Source of the DNA: Raillietiella orientalis
Lineage: Eukaryota
DNA length: 64,000 nt
Direction: 5' to 3'
Assembly (NCBI GenBank): GCA_036172245.1
Contig: JAYWIR010000100.1
Span: 62,001-126,000, forward strand
Shown here: one piece after another, positions 1 through 13,196 of the stretch
Layout of the letters: every line of letters starts with the position of its first letter
How positions within the stretch are numbered: the stretch's first letter is position 1
Notes under the pieces: generated by a model
Seen by the model: only the letters and a program-made list of their open reading frames with translations
Database searches by the model: none
What the model was told of the DNA's origin: nothing
Made by a program: the position numbers and the translations under genes

Positions 1-3000
1 GTTTCGAATTGATTACAAGGCCTTTTATACAGAAATTTTTACCACATCACTATGAATTGAAGAAGAAACATTTTTCTAGGTACATAAATTCTTATGGTTA
101 CCATGATAACAACACAGAGCACAAAGTGTTCGCCAGTTTTTGCCTATTCAAATTTCGAACTTTTCTTAATCATGCTCTGAAATCGGGAAATTGGAAGGCC
201 TTGAGCCTCTCCATGACGGAAATTTGCCACTAGCCTCATGTAAATGTATGCTTAGCGAAAAGCAGCAAAAGTGCATTAGTAAAATCCCCTGATTTCCAAT
301 TTATTCCAAGCCTGTAAGGTTGCAAATTGTTACCACATCTTGAATCAGAGCGAAGTATAAGATTCCTCTTCTAGGTACGACACTGCTTACCATGAAAACA
401 ACACAGAGACCAAAGTGCCACGCCCTAACCAATTTTCGACCTCTTCTTAGTCATCCTCTGAAATCAGGAAATTGGAAGGCCGTGAGCCTCTCCATGACAT
501 GAATTTGCCACTCACTGCAAATAGATGCTTCGTGAAGAGGAGCAAAACGGCAATGGTGAAATTCCCTGATTTCGAATTGATTACAAAACTTGAAAAGTTG
601 CAAATTACTACCATATAATGAATCAGAACGAAGTATAAGATTCCACATCCAGGTAGGACACTGTTTACCATGAAAACAACACAGAGACAAAAGTGCTACG
701 CCCTAATCTAATTTCGAACTCTTCTTAATCATCCTCTTAAATCAGGAAATTGGAAGCCCTTGAGGCTCTTCATGACGGCAATTTCCCACTCACTGGAAAT
801 AGATGCTTCGCGAAGAGGTGCAAAACTGCAATGGAGAAATCCTTGGGTTTGGAATTGATTACAAAGCCTGCAAGGTAGCAAATTTTTACCACATCATGGA
901 TCAGAGCGAACGAAAATATTCCTCTTCTAGGAACGACAGTGGTTACCATGAAGTCAACACAGAGACCAAAGTACCACCCCCTATTCTAATTTCGAACGCT
1001 TCTTAATCATCCGCTGTAATCAGGAAATTGGCAGGCCTTGAGGCTTTCCATGACGGAAATTTGCCACTCACTGCAAATGTATGCTTAGTGAAAAGGCGCA
1101 AAAGTGCTATAGTAAAATCCCCTTTTTTCCAATTGGTTACAAACCCTGAAAGTTTGCAAATTTTTACCACATACTGAATTAAAGCGAAGGGAAAAATTCC
1201 TCTTCTAGGTACGACACTGGTTACTATGAAAACAACAGAGACCCCAACGTGCCACGCCCTAATGTAATTTCGAACACTTCATAATCATCCTCTGAAATCG
1301 GGAAATTGGAAGGCCTTGAGTCTCTTCATGACGGGAATTTGCCACTTATTGCAAATGGATGCTTAGTGAAGAGGCGCAAAACTGCAATGGAGATATCCCC
1401 TGATTTCGAATTGATTACAAAGCCTGAAAGGTTACAAATTTCTACCAGATCAAGAATCAGAGCGAAGGTAAAGATTCCTCTTCTAGGAAAGACAGTGGTT
1501 ACCATGAAAACAACACAGAGACCAAAGTGCCACGCCCTAACCTAGTTTCGACCTCTTCTTAGTCATCCTCTTAAATCAGGAAATTGGAAGGCCGTGAGCC
1601 TCTCCATGACATGAATTTGCCACTCACTGCAAATAGATGCTTCGTGAAGAGAAGCAAAACTGCAATGGTGAAATTCCCTGATTTCGAATTGATTACAAAA
1701 CTTGAAAAGTTGCAAATTACTACCATATCATGAATCAGAACGAAGTATAAGATTCCACATCCAGGTAGGACACTGTTTACCATGAAAACAACAGAGAGAC
1801 CAAAGTGCTACGCCCTAATCTAATTTCGAACTCTTCTTAATCATCCTCTCAAATCAGGAAATTGGAATCCCTTGAGGCTGTTCATGACGGCAATTTGCCA
1901 CTCACTGGAAATAGATGCTTCGCGAAGAGGTGCAAAACTGCAATGAGAAATCCCTGGTTTCGAATTGATTACAAAGCCTGTAAGGTAGCAAATTTTTACC
2001 AGTTCATGGATCAGAGCGAAACGAAAATGTTCCTCTTCTCTTGGAACGAAAGTGTAGTTACCATTAAGACAACACAGATACCAACGTACTCACCCCTATT
2101 CTAATTTCGAACACTCTGAATCATCCGCTGTAATCAGGAAATTGGAAGGCCTTGAGGCTTTCCATGACGGAAATTTGCCACTCACTGCAAATGTATGCTT
2201 AGTGAAAAGGCGCAAAAGTGCTATAGTAAAATCCCCTGATTTCCAATTGGTTACAAACCCTGAAAGTTTGCAAATTTTTACCACATACTGAATTAAAGCG
2301 AAGGGAAAAATTCCTCTTCTAGGTACGACACTGGTTACTATGAAAACAACAGAGAGCCCAAAGTGCCACGCCCTAATCTAATTTCGAACACTTCATAATC
2401 ATCCTCTGAAATCGGGAAATTGGAAGGCCTTGAGTCTCTTCATGACGGGAATTTGCCACTTACTGCAATTGGATGCTTACTGAAAAGGCGCAATTGTGCA
2501 AAAGTAATTTCCCCTGATTTTTAGTTGATTACAAAGCATGAAAGGATGCAAATTTCTAGCACATCATGAATGAGAGCGAAGTATGAGATTCCTCTTCTAG
2601 GTACGACACTGCTTACCATGAAAACAACACAGAGACCAAAGTGCCACGCCCTAACCACTTTTCGACCTCTTCTTAGTCATCCTCTGAAATCAGGAAATTG
2701 GAAGGCCGTGAGCCTCTCCATGACATGAATTTGCCACTCACTGCAAATAGATGCTTCGTGAAGAGGAGCAAAACTGCAATGGTGAAATTCCCTGATTTCG
2801 AATTGATTACAAAACTTGAAAAGTTGCAAATTACTTCCATATAATGAATCTGTGGGATCCATGCATAAGATTCCACATCCAGATAGGACATACCGTTTAC
2901 CATGAAAACAACACAGAGATCAAAGTGTGCGCTTCCAATCTAATTTCGAACTCTTCAATCATCCCTCTAAATCAGGAAATTGGAATCCCTTGAGGCTCTT

Positions 3001-6000
3001 CACATCATAATTTATGTACCACTGGAACAGATGCTTCGCGAAGAGGTGCAAAACTGCAATGGAGAAATCCTTGGGTTTCGAATTGATTACAAAGCCTGCA
3101 AGGTAGCAAATTTTTACCACATCATGGATCAGAGCGAACGAAAATATTCCTCTTCTAGGAACGACAGTGGTTACCATGAAGTCAACACAGAGACCAAAGT
3201 ACCACCCCCTAATCTAATTTCGAACACTTTTTAATCATCCGCTGTAATCAGGAAATTGGAAGGCCTTGAGGCTTTCCATGACGGAAATTTGCCACTCACT
3301 GCAAAAGTATGCTTAGTGAAAAGGCGCAAAATTGCTATAGTAAAATCCCCTGATTTCCACTGAGCAAACCTGAAAGCAAAATTTTTGCTCACATACTAAT
3401 TAGAGTTAAGAAAATTTTCTGAAAATATACTTGTTATTATGAAATTCACATAGACCAAAGTGCCACGTTCTAATCTAATTTCGAACACTTCATAATCATC
3501 CTCTGAAATCGGGAAATTGGTAGGCCTTGAGTCTCTTCATGACGGGAATTTGCCACTTACTGCAAATGGATGCTTAGTGAAAAGGCGCAATAGTGCAACA
3601 GAAATATCCTCTGATTTCCAATTGATTAGAAAGCCGGAAAGCATGCAAATTTCTACCACATCATGTATCAGAGCGAAGGAAAAGATTACTTTTCTAGGTA
3701 CGACACTGGTTACCATGAAAACAACACAGAGCACAAAGTGCCACGGCCTATTCAAATTTCGAACTCTTCTTAATCATGCTCTGAAATGGGGAAATTGGTA
3801 GGCCTTGAGCCTCTCCATGACGGGAATTTGTAACTCACTGCAAATGTATGCTTAGCGAAAATCAGCAAAAGTGCAATAGTAAAATCCCCTGATTTCCAAT
3901 TTATTACAAAGCCTGTAAGGTTGCAAATTTTTACCACATCTTGAATCAGAGCGAAGTTTAAGATTCCTTTTCTAGGTACGACACTGCTTACCATGAAAAC
4001 GACACAGAGACCAAAGTGCCACGCCCTAACCTATTTTCGACCTCTTTTTAGTCATCCTCTGAAATCAGGAAATTGGAAGGCCGAGACTCTCCATGACATG
4101 AATTTGCCACTCACTGCAAATAGATGCTTCGTGAAGAGGAGCAAAACTGCAATGGTGAAATTCCCTGATTTCTCTCGAATTGATTTTTTTAAAACTTGAA
4201 AAGTTGCAAATTACTACCATATAATGAATCAGAACGAAGTATAAGATTCCTCTTCTAGGTAGGACACTGCTTATCATGAAAAGAACACAGAGACCAAAGT
4301 GCCACGCCCTTACCTAATTTCGAACTTCTAGTCATCCTGTGATAATTGTAATTTCAAGGCCCTCTCCATGACATGAATTTGCCACTCACTGCAAATAGAT
4401 GCTTCGTGAAGAGGAGCAAAACTGCCGTGGTGAAATTCCCTGATTTCGAATTGATTAAAAAACTTGAAAAGTTGCAAATTACTACCATATAATGAATCAG
4501 AAAAAGCATAAGATTCCTCTTCTAGGTAGGACACTGTTTACCGTGAAAAGAACACAGAGACCAAAGTGCCACGCTTTAATCTAATTTCGAACTCTTCTTA
4601 ATCATCCTCTGAAATCAGGAAATTGGAAGCCCTTGAGGCTCTTCATGACGGCAATTTGCCACTCACTGGAAATAGATGCTTCGCGAAGAGGTGCAAAACT
4701 GCAATGGAGAAATCCCCGCGTTTCGAATTAATTACAAAGCCTGTAAGGTAGCAAATTTTTACCACATCATGGATCAGAGCGAACGAAAATATTCCTCTTG
4801 TAGGAACGACAGTGGTTACCATTAAGACAACACAGAGACCAAAGTGCCACCCCCTAATCTAATTTCGAACACTTCTTAATCATCCGCTGTAATCAGGAAA
4901 TTGGAATGCCTTGAGGCTTTCCATGACGGAAATTTGCTACTCACTGCAAATGTATACTTAGTGAAAAGGCGCAAAAGTGCTATAGTAAAATCCCCTGATT
5001 TCCAATTGGTTACAAACCCTGAAAGTTTGCAAGTTTTTACCACATACTGAATTAGAGCGAACGAAAAAATTCTTCTTCTAGGTACGACAATGGTTACTAT
5101 GAAAACAACAGATAGACCAAAGTACCACGCCCTAATCTGATTTCGGACACTTCATAATCATCCTCTGAACTCGGGAAATCGGAAGGCCTTGAGTCTCCTC
5201 TTGACGGGAATTTGCCACTTACTGCAGATGTATGCTAAGTGAAAAGGCGCAATAGTGCAACAGTAATATCCTCTGATTTCCAATTGATTACAAAGCCGGA
5301 AAGGTTGCAAATTTTTACCACATCATGAATCAGAGCGAAGGAAAGGATTGCTTTTCTAGGTACGACACTGCTTACCATGAAAACGACACAGAGACCAAAG
5401 TGCCACGCCCTAACCTATTTTCGACCTCTTCTTAGTCATCCTCTGAAATCAGGAAATTTGAAGGCCGTGAGCCTCTCCATGACATGAATTTGCCACTCAC
5501 TGCAAATGTATGCTTAGCGAAAAGCAGCAAAAGTGCAATAGTAAAATCCCATGATTTCCAATTTATTCCAAGCCTGTAAGGTTGCAAATTTTTACCACAT
5601 CTTGAATCAGAGCGAAGTATAAGATTCCTCTTCTAGGTACGACACTGCTTACCATGAAAACAACACAGAGACGAAAGTGCCACGCCCTAACCAATTTTCG
5701 ACCTCTTCTTAGTAATCCTCTGAAATCAGGAAATTGGAAGGTTGTGAGCCTCTCCATGACATGAATTCGCCACTCACTGCAAATAGATGCTTCGTGAAGA
5801 GGAGCAAAACTGCAATGGTGAGATTCCCTGATTTCGAATTGATTACAAAACTTGAAAAGTTGCAAATTACTACCATATAATGAATCAGAACGAAGTATAA
5901 GATTCTTCTTCCAGGAAGGACACTGTTTACCATGAAAACAACATAGAGACCAAAGTGCCACGCCCTAATCTAATTTCGAACTCTTCTTAATCATTCTCTG

Positions 6001-9000
6001 AAATCAAAAATTTGGAAGCCCTTGAGGCTCTTCATGACGGCGATTTGCCACTCAATGGAATTAGATGCTTTGCGAAGAGCTGCAAAACTGCAATGGAGAA
6101 ATCCCCGGGTTTCGAATTGATTACAAAGCCTGTAAGGTAGCAAATTTTTACCAGTTCATGGATCAGAGCGAACGAAAATATTCCTCTTCTTGGAACGACA
6201 GTGGTTACCATTAAGACAACACAGATACCAAAGTACCACCCCCTATTCTAATTTCGAACACTTCTTAATCATCCGCTGTAATCAGGAAATTGGAAGGCCT
6301 TGAGGCTTTCCATGACGGAAATTTGCCACTCACTGCAAATGTATGCTTAGTGAAAAGGCGCAAAAGTGCTATAGTAAAATCCTAATTTTAAATTGGTTAC
6401 AAACTTCTGATGTTTGCAAATTTTTACCACATACTGAATTAGAGCAAGGGAAAAATCTTCTGGGTACGACACTGGTTACCATGAAAACAACAGAGAGCCC
6501 AAAGTGCCACGCTCTAATCTAATTTCGAAAACACTTCATAGATCATCCTCGAATGGGAAATTGGAAGGCCTTGAGTCTCTTTATGACGGGAATTTGCCAC
6601 TTACTGCAAAAGTATGCTTAGTGAAAAGGCGCAATAGTGCAACAGTAATATCCTCTGATTTCCAATTGATTACAAAGCCGGAAAGGTTGCAAATTCTTAC
6701 CACATCATGAATAAGAGCGAAGGAAAAGATTACTTTTCTAGGTACGACACTGCTTACCATGAAAACAATACAGAGACCAAAGTGCCACGCCCTAGACAAT
6801 TTTCGACTTCTTCTTAGTCATCCTCTGAAATCAGGAAATTGGAAGGCCGTGAGCCTCTCCATGACATGAATTTGCCACTCACTGCAAATAGATGCTTCGT
6901 GAAGAGGCGCAAAACTGCAATGGAGAAATCCCCTGAATTCGATTTGATTACAAAGCCTGAAAGGTTGCAAATTTCTACCACATCATGAATCAGAGCGAAG
7001 GAAAAGATTCCTCTTCTAGGAAAGACAGTGGTTAACAGGGAAACAACACAGAGACCAAAGCACCACCCTCTAATCTGATTTGGAACACTTCATAATCATC
7101 CTCTGAAATCGGGAAATTCGAAGGCCGTGAGCCTCTCAATGACGGGAATTTGCCACTCACTGGAAATAGATGATTCGTGAAGAGGTGCAAAACTGCAATG
7201 GAGGAATCCCCTAATTTCGAATTGATTACACAGCCTGAAAGGTTGCAAATTTCTATTACATTATGAATCAGAGCGAACGAAAAGATTCCTCTTCTAGGAA
7301 CGACAGTGGTTACCATGAAGTCAACACAGAGACCAAAGTACCACCCCCTAATCTAATTTCGAACACTTTTTAATCATCCGCTGTAATCAGGAAATTGGAA
7401 GGCCTTGAGGCTTTCCATGACGGAAATTTGCCACTCACTGCAAAAGTATGCTTAGTGAAAAGGCGCAAAATTGCTATAGTAAAATCCCCTGATTTCCAAT
7501 TGGTTGCAAACCCTGAAAGTTTGCAAATTTTTACCACATACTGAATTAGAGCGAAGGAAAAAATTCTCTTCTAGGTACGACACTGGTTACTATGAAATCA
7601 ACAGATACACCAAAGTGCCACGCCCTAATCTAATTTCGAACACTTCATAATCATCCTCTGAACTCGGGAAATTGGAATGCCTTGAGTCTCTTCATGACGG
7701 GAATTTGCCACTTACTGCAAATGTATCCTTAGTGAAAAGGCGCAATGGTGCAACAGTAATATCCACTGATTTCCAATTGATTATAAAGCCGGAAAGGTTG
7801 CATATTTTTACCACATCATGAATCAGAGCGAAGGAAAAGATTACTTTTCTAGGTACGACACTGGTTACCATGAAAACAACACAGAGTACAAAGTGCCACG
7901 GCCTATTGAAATTTCGACCTCTTCTTAATCATGCTCTGAAATAGGGAAATTGGTAGGCCTTGAGCCTCTCCATAACAAGAATTTGCCACACACTGCAAAT
8001 GTATGCTTAACGAAAAGCAGCAAAAGTGCAATAGTAAAATCCCCTGATTTCCAATTTATTCCAAGCCTGTAAGGTTGCAAATTCTTACCACATCTTGAAT
8101 CAGAGCGAAATATAAGATTCCTCTTCTAGGTACGACACTGCTTACCATGAAAACAACACAGAGACCAAAGTGCCACGCCCTTAACTAATTTCGAACTTCT
8201 CTTAGTCATCCTGTGATATCAGGAAATTGGAAGGCCGTGAGCCTCTCCATGACATGAATTTGCCACTCACTGCAAATAGATGCTTCGTGAAGAGGAGCAA
8301 AACTGCCGTGGTGAAATTCCCTGATTTCGAATTGATTAAAAAACTTGAAAAGTTGCAAATTACTACCATATAATGAATCAGAAAAAGCATAAGATTCCTC
8401 TTCTAGGTAGGACACTGTTTACCGTGAAAAGAACACAGAGACCAAAGTGCCACGCTTTAATCTAATTTCGAACTCTTCTTAATCATCCTCTGAAATCAGG
8501 AAATTGGAAGCCCTTGAGGCTCTTCATGACGGCAATTTGCCACCACCAAACAGATGCTTCGCGAAGAGGTGCAAACTGCAATGGAGAAATCCCCGCGTTT
8601 CGAATTAATTACAAAGCCTGTAAGGTAGCAATTTTCCACATCATGGATCAGATGAACGAAATATTCCTCTTGTAGGAACGACAGTTACCATTAAGACAAT
8701 GCAGAGACCAAAGTACCACCTAATCTAATTTCGAACACTCTCTTAATCATCCGCTGTAATCAGAAAAGGAAATTGGAATGCCTGAGGCTCCCCTGAGCGG
8801 AAATTTGCTACTCACTGCAAATGTATACTTAGTGAAAAGGCGCAAAAGTGCTATAGTAAAATCCCCTGATTTCCAATTGGTTACAAACCCTGAAAGTTTG
8901 CAAGTTTTTACCACATACTGAATTAGAGCGAACGAAAAAATTCTTCTTCTAGGTACGACAATGGTTACTATGAAAACAACAGATAGACCAAAGTACCACG

Positions 9001-12000
9001 CCCTAATCTGATTTCGGACACTTCATAATCATCCTCTGAACTCGGGAAATCGGAAGGCCTTGAGTCTCCTCTTGACGGGAATTTGCCACTTACTGCAGAT
9101 GTATGCTAAGTGAAAAGGCGCAATAGTGCAACAGTAATATCCTCTGATTTCCAATTGATTACAAAGCCTGAAAGTTTGCAAATTTTTACCACATACTGAA
9201 TTAGAGCGAAGGGAAAAATTCCTCTTCTAGGTACGACACTGGTTACTATGAAAACAACAGAGGGCCCAAAGTGCCACGCCCTAATCTAATTTCGAACACT
9301 TCATAATCATCCTCTGAAATCGGGAAATTGGAAGGCCTTGAGTCTCTTCATGACGGGAATTTGCCACTTATTGCAAATGGATGCTTAGTGAAGAGGCGCA
9401 AAACTGCAATGGAGATATCCCCTGATTTCGAATTGATTACAAAGCCTGAAAGGTTACAAATTTCTACCAGATCAAGAATCAGAGCGAAGGTAAAGATTCC
9501 TCTTCTAGGAAAGACAGTGGTTACCATGAAAACAACACAGAGACCAAAGTGCCACGCCCTAACCTAGTTTCGACCTCTTCTTAGTCATCCTCTTAAATCA
9601 GGAAATTGGAAGGCCGTGAGCCTCTCCATGACATGAATTTGCCACTCACTGCAAATAGATGCTTCGTGAAGAGAAGCAAAACTGCAATGGTGAAATTCCC
9701 TGATTTCGAATTGATTACAAAACTTGAAAAGTTGCAAATTACTACCATATCATGAATCAGAACGAAGTATAAGATTCCACATCCAGGTAGGACACTGTTT
9801 ACCATGAAAACAACAGAGAGACCAAAGTGCTACGCCCTAATCTAATTTCGAACTCTTCTTAATCATCCTCTCAAATCAGGAAATTGGAATCCCTTGAGGC
9901 TGTTCATGACGGCAATTTGCCACTCACTGGAAATAGATGCTTCGCGAAGAGGTGCAAAACTGCAATGGAGAAATCCCCGGGTTTCGAATTGATTACAAAG
10001 CCTGTAAGGTTGCAAATTTTTACTAGTTCATATATCAGAGCGAACGAAAATATTCCTTTTCTTGGAACGACAGTGGTTAATATTAAGACAACACAGATAC
10101 CAACGTACCACCCCCTATTCTAATTTCGAACACTTCTTAATCATCCGCTGTAATCAGGAAATTGGAAGGCCTTGAGGCTTTCCATGACGGAAATTTGCCA
10201 CTCACTGCAAATGTATGCTTAGTGAAAAGGCGCAAAAGTGCTATAGTAAAATCCCCTGATTTCCAATTGGTTACAAACCCTGAAAGTTTGCAAATTTTTA
10301 CCACATACTGAATTAAAGCGAATGGAAAAATTCCTCTTCTAGGTACGACACTGGTTACTATGAAAACAACAGAGAGCCCAAAGTGCCACGCCCTAATCTA
10401 ATTTCGAACACTTCATAATCATCCTCTGAAATCGGGAAATTGGAAGGCCTCGAGTCTCTTCATGACGGGAATTTGCCACTTACTGCAATTGGATGCTTAC
10501 TGAAAAGGCGCAATAGTGCAACAGTAATATCCCCTGATTTTTAGTTGATTACAAAGCATGAAAGGATGCAAATTTCAAGCACATCATGAATGAGAGCGAA
10601 GTATAAGATTCCTCTTCTAGGTACGACACTGCTTACCATGAAAACAACACAGAGACCAAAGTGCCACGCCCTAACCAATTTTCGACCTCTTCTTAGTCAT
10701 CCTCTGAAACTAGAAATTGGAAGGCCGTGAGCCTCTCCATGACATGAATTTGCCACTCACTGCAAATAGATGCTTCGTGAAGAGGAGCAAAACTGCAATG
10801 GTGAAATTCCCTGATTTCGAATTGATTACCAAACTTGAAAAGTTGCAAATTACTACCATATAATGAATCAGAACGAAGTATAAGATTCCACATCCAGGTA
10901 GGACACTGTTTACCATGAAAACAACACAGAGACCAAAGTGCTACGCCCTAATCTAATTTCAAACTCTTCTTAATCATCCTCTTAAATCAGGAAATTGGAA
11001 TCCCTTGAGGCTCTTCATGACGGCAATTTGCCACTCACTGGAAATAGATGCTTCGCGAAGAGGTGCAAAACTGCAATGGAGAAATCCTTGGGTTTCGAAT
11101 TGATTACAAAGCCAGCAAGGTAGCAAATTTTTACCACATCATGGATCAGAGCGAACGAAAATATTCCTCTTCTAGGAACGACAGTGGTTACCATGAAGTC
11201 AACACAGAGACCAAAGTGCCACCCCCTAATCTAATTTCGAACACTTCTTAATCATCCGCTGTAATCAGGAAATTGGAATGCCTTGAGGCTTTCCATGACG
11301 GAAATTTGCTACTCACTGCAAATGTATACTTAGTGAAAAGGCGCAAAAGTGCTATAGTAAAATCCCCTGATTTCCAATTGGTTACAAACCCTGAAAGTTT
11401 GCAAGTTTTTACCACATACTGAATTAGAGCGAAGGAAAAAATTCTTCTTCTAGGTACGACAATGGTTACTATGAAAACAACAGATAGACCAAAGTACCAC
11501 GCCCTAATCTGATTTCGTACACTTCATAATCATCCTCTGAACTCGGGAAATCGGAAGGCCTTGCGTCTCCTCTTGACGGGAATTTCCCACTTACTGCAGA
11601 TGTATGCTAAGTGAAAAGGCGCAATAGTGCAACAGTAATATCCTCTGATTTCCAATTGATTACAAAGCCGGAAAGGTTGCAAATTTTTACCACATCATGA
11701 ATCAGAGCGAAGGAAGGGATTACTTTTCTAGGTACGACACTGCTTACCATGAAAACGACACAGAGACCAAAGTGCCACGCCCTAACCTATTTTCGACCTC
11801 TTCTCAGTCATCCTCTGAAATCAGGAAATTTGAAGGCCGTGAGCCTCTCCATGACATGAATTTGCCACTCACTGCAAATAGATGCTTCGTGAAGAGGAGC
11901 AAAACTGCAATGGTGAGATTCCCTGATTTCGAATTGATTACAAAACTTGAAAAGTTGCAAATTACTACCATATAATGAATCAGAACGAAGTATAAGATTC

Positions 12001-12920
12001 TTCTTCCAGGTAGGACACTGTTTACCATGAAAACAACATAGAGACCAAAGTGCCACGCCCTAATCTAATTTCGAACTCTTCTTAATCATTCTCTGAAATC
12101 AAAAAATTGGAAGCCCTTGAGGCTCTTCATGACGGCGATTTGCCACTCAATGGAAATAGATGCTTCGCGAACAGCTGCAAAACTGCAATGGAGAAATCCC
12201 CGGGTTTCGAATTGATTACAAAGCCTGTAAGGTAGCAAATTTTTACCAGTTCATGGATCAGAGCGAACGAAAATATTCCTCTTCTTGGAACGACAGTGGT
12301 TACCATTAAGACAACACAGATACCAAAGTACCACCCCCTATTCTAATTTCGAACACTTCTTAATCATCCGCTGTAATCAGGAAATTGGAAGGCCTTGAGG
12401 CTTTCTATGACGGAAATTTGCCACTCACTGCAAATGTATGCTTAGTAAAAAGGCGCAAAATTGCTATAGTAAAATCCCCTGATTTCCAATTGGTTACAAA
12501 GCCTGAAAGTTTGCAAATTTTTACCACATACTGAATTAGAGCGAAGGGAAAAATTCCTCTTCTAGGTACGACACTGGTTACTATGAAAACAACAGATAGG
12601 CAAAAGTGCCACGCCCTAATCTAATTTCGAACACTTCATAATCGTCCTCTGAAATCGGGAAATTGGAAGGCCTTGAGTCTCTTCATGACGGGAATTTGCC
12701 ACTTACTGCAATTGGATGCTTACTGAAAAGGCGCAATTGTGCAACAGTAATATCCCCTGATTTTTAGTTGATTACAAAGCATGAAAGGATGCAAATTTCT
12801 TGCACATCATGAATGAGAGCGAAGTATAAGATTCGTCTTCTAAGTACGACACTGCTTACCATGAAAACGACACAGAGACCAAAGTGACACGCCCTAACCT
12901 ATTTTCGACCTCTTCTTAGT
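1..12920. repeat. HOR domain I: A-B-C-D tetramer (~1112 bp), sometimes with an E monomer (pentamer, ~1390 bp)
   Basis: Diagnostic variants cycle in order. A (AAATTACTACCATATAATG) is at ~450, 1561, 2675, 9584, 10695 and 11806. B carries CTTCGCGAAGAGGTGC, C carries CATCCGCTGTAATC, and D carries GAGTCTCTTCATGACGGG. E (GCTTAGCGAAAAGCAGC-like) is at ~169, 3773 and 7928. Confidence 0.85.
1230..11210. repeat. Dispersed block duplication: ~1230-3200 recurs at ~9250-11210 (offset ~8022, about 29 monomers)
   Basis: Identical ORFs at 1306/9328 and 1571/9593. Shared private variants are CCACTTATTGC, GGAGATATCC, ACCAGATCAAG and GAGGCTGTTC. Confidence 0.85.
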
Positions 12921-13196
12921 CATCCTCTGAAATCAGGAAATTGGAAGGCCGTGAGCCTCTCCATCACATGAATTTGCCACTCACTGCAAATAGCTGCTTC
13001 GTAAAGAGGAGCAAAACTGCAATGGAGAAATCCCCGGGTTTCGAATTGATTACACAGCCAGTAAGGTAGCAAATTTTTACCACTCTATGGATCAGAGCGA
13101 ACGAAAATATTCCTCTTCTTGGAACGACAGTGGTTACCATCAAGACAACACAGAAACCAAGGTACCACCCCCTCATCTAATTTCGAAAACTTCTCA

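Noticed and set aside
529..546. CENP-B box-like CTTCGTGAAGAGG
   Set aside because: It shares only the TTCG part and does not fit the nTTCGnnnnAnnCGGGn core.
6103..6120. Pol III B-box or tRNA/SINE origin (CCCCGGGTTTCGAATTG)
   Set aside because: The match to GGTTCGANTCC is poor, it appears only in B-type monomers, and no A box or cloverleaf is visible.
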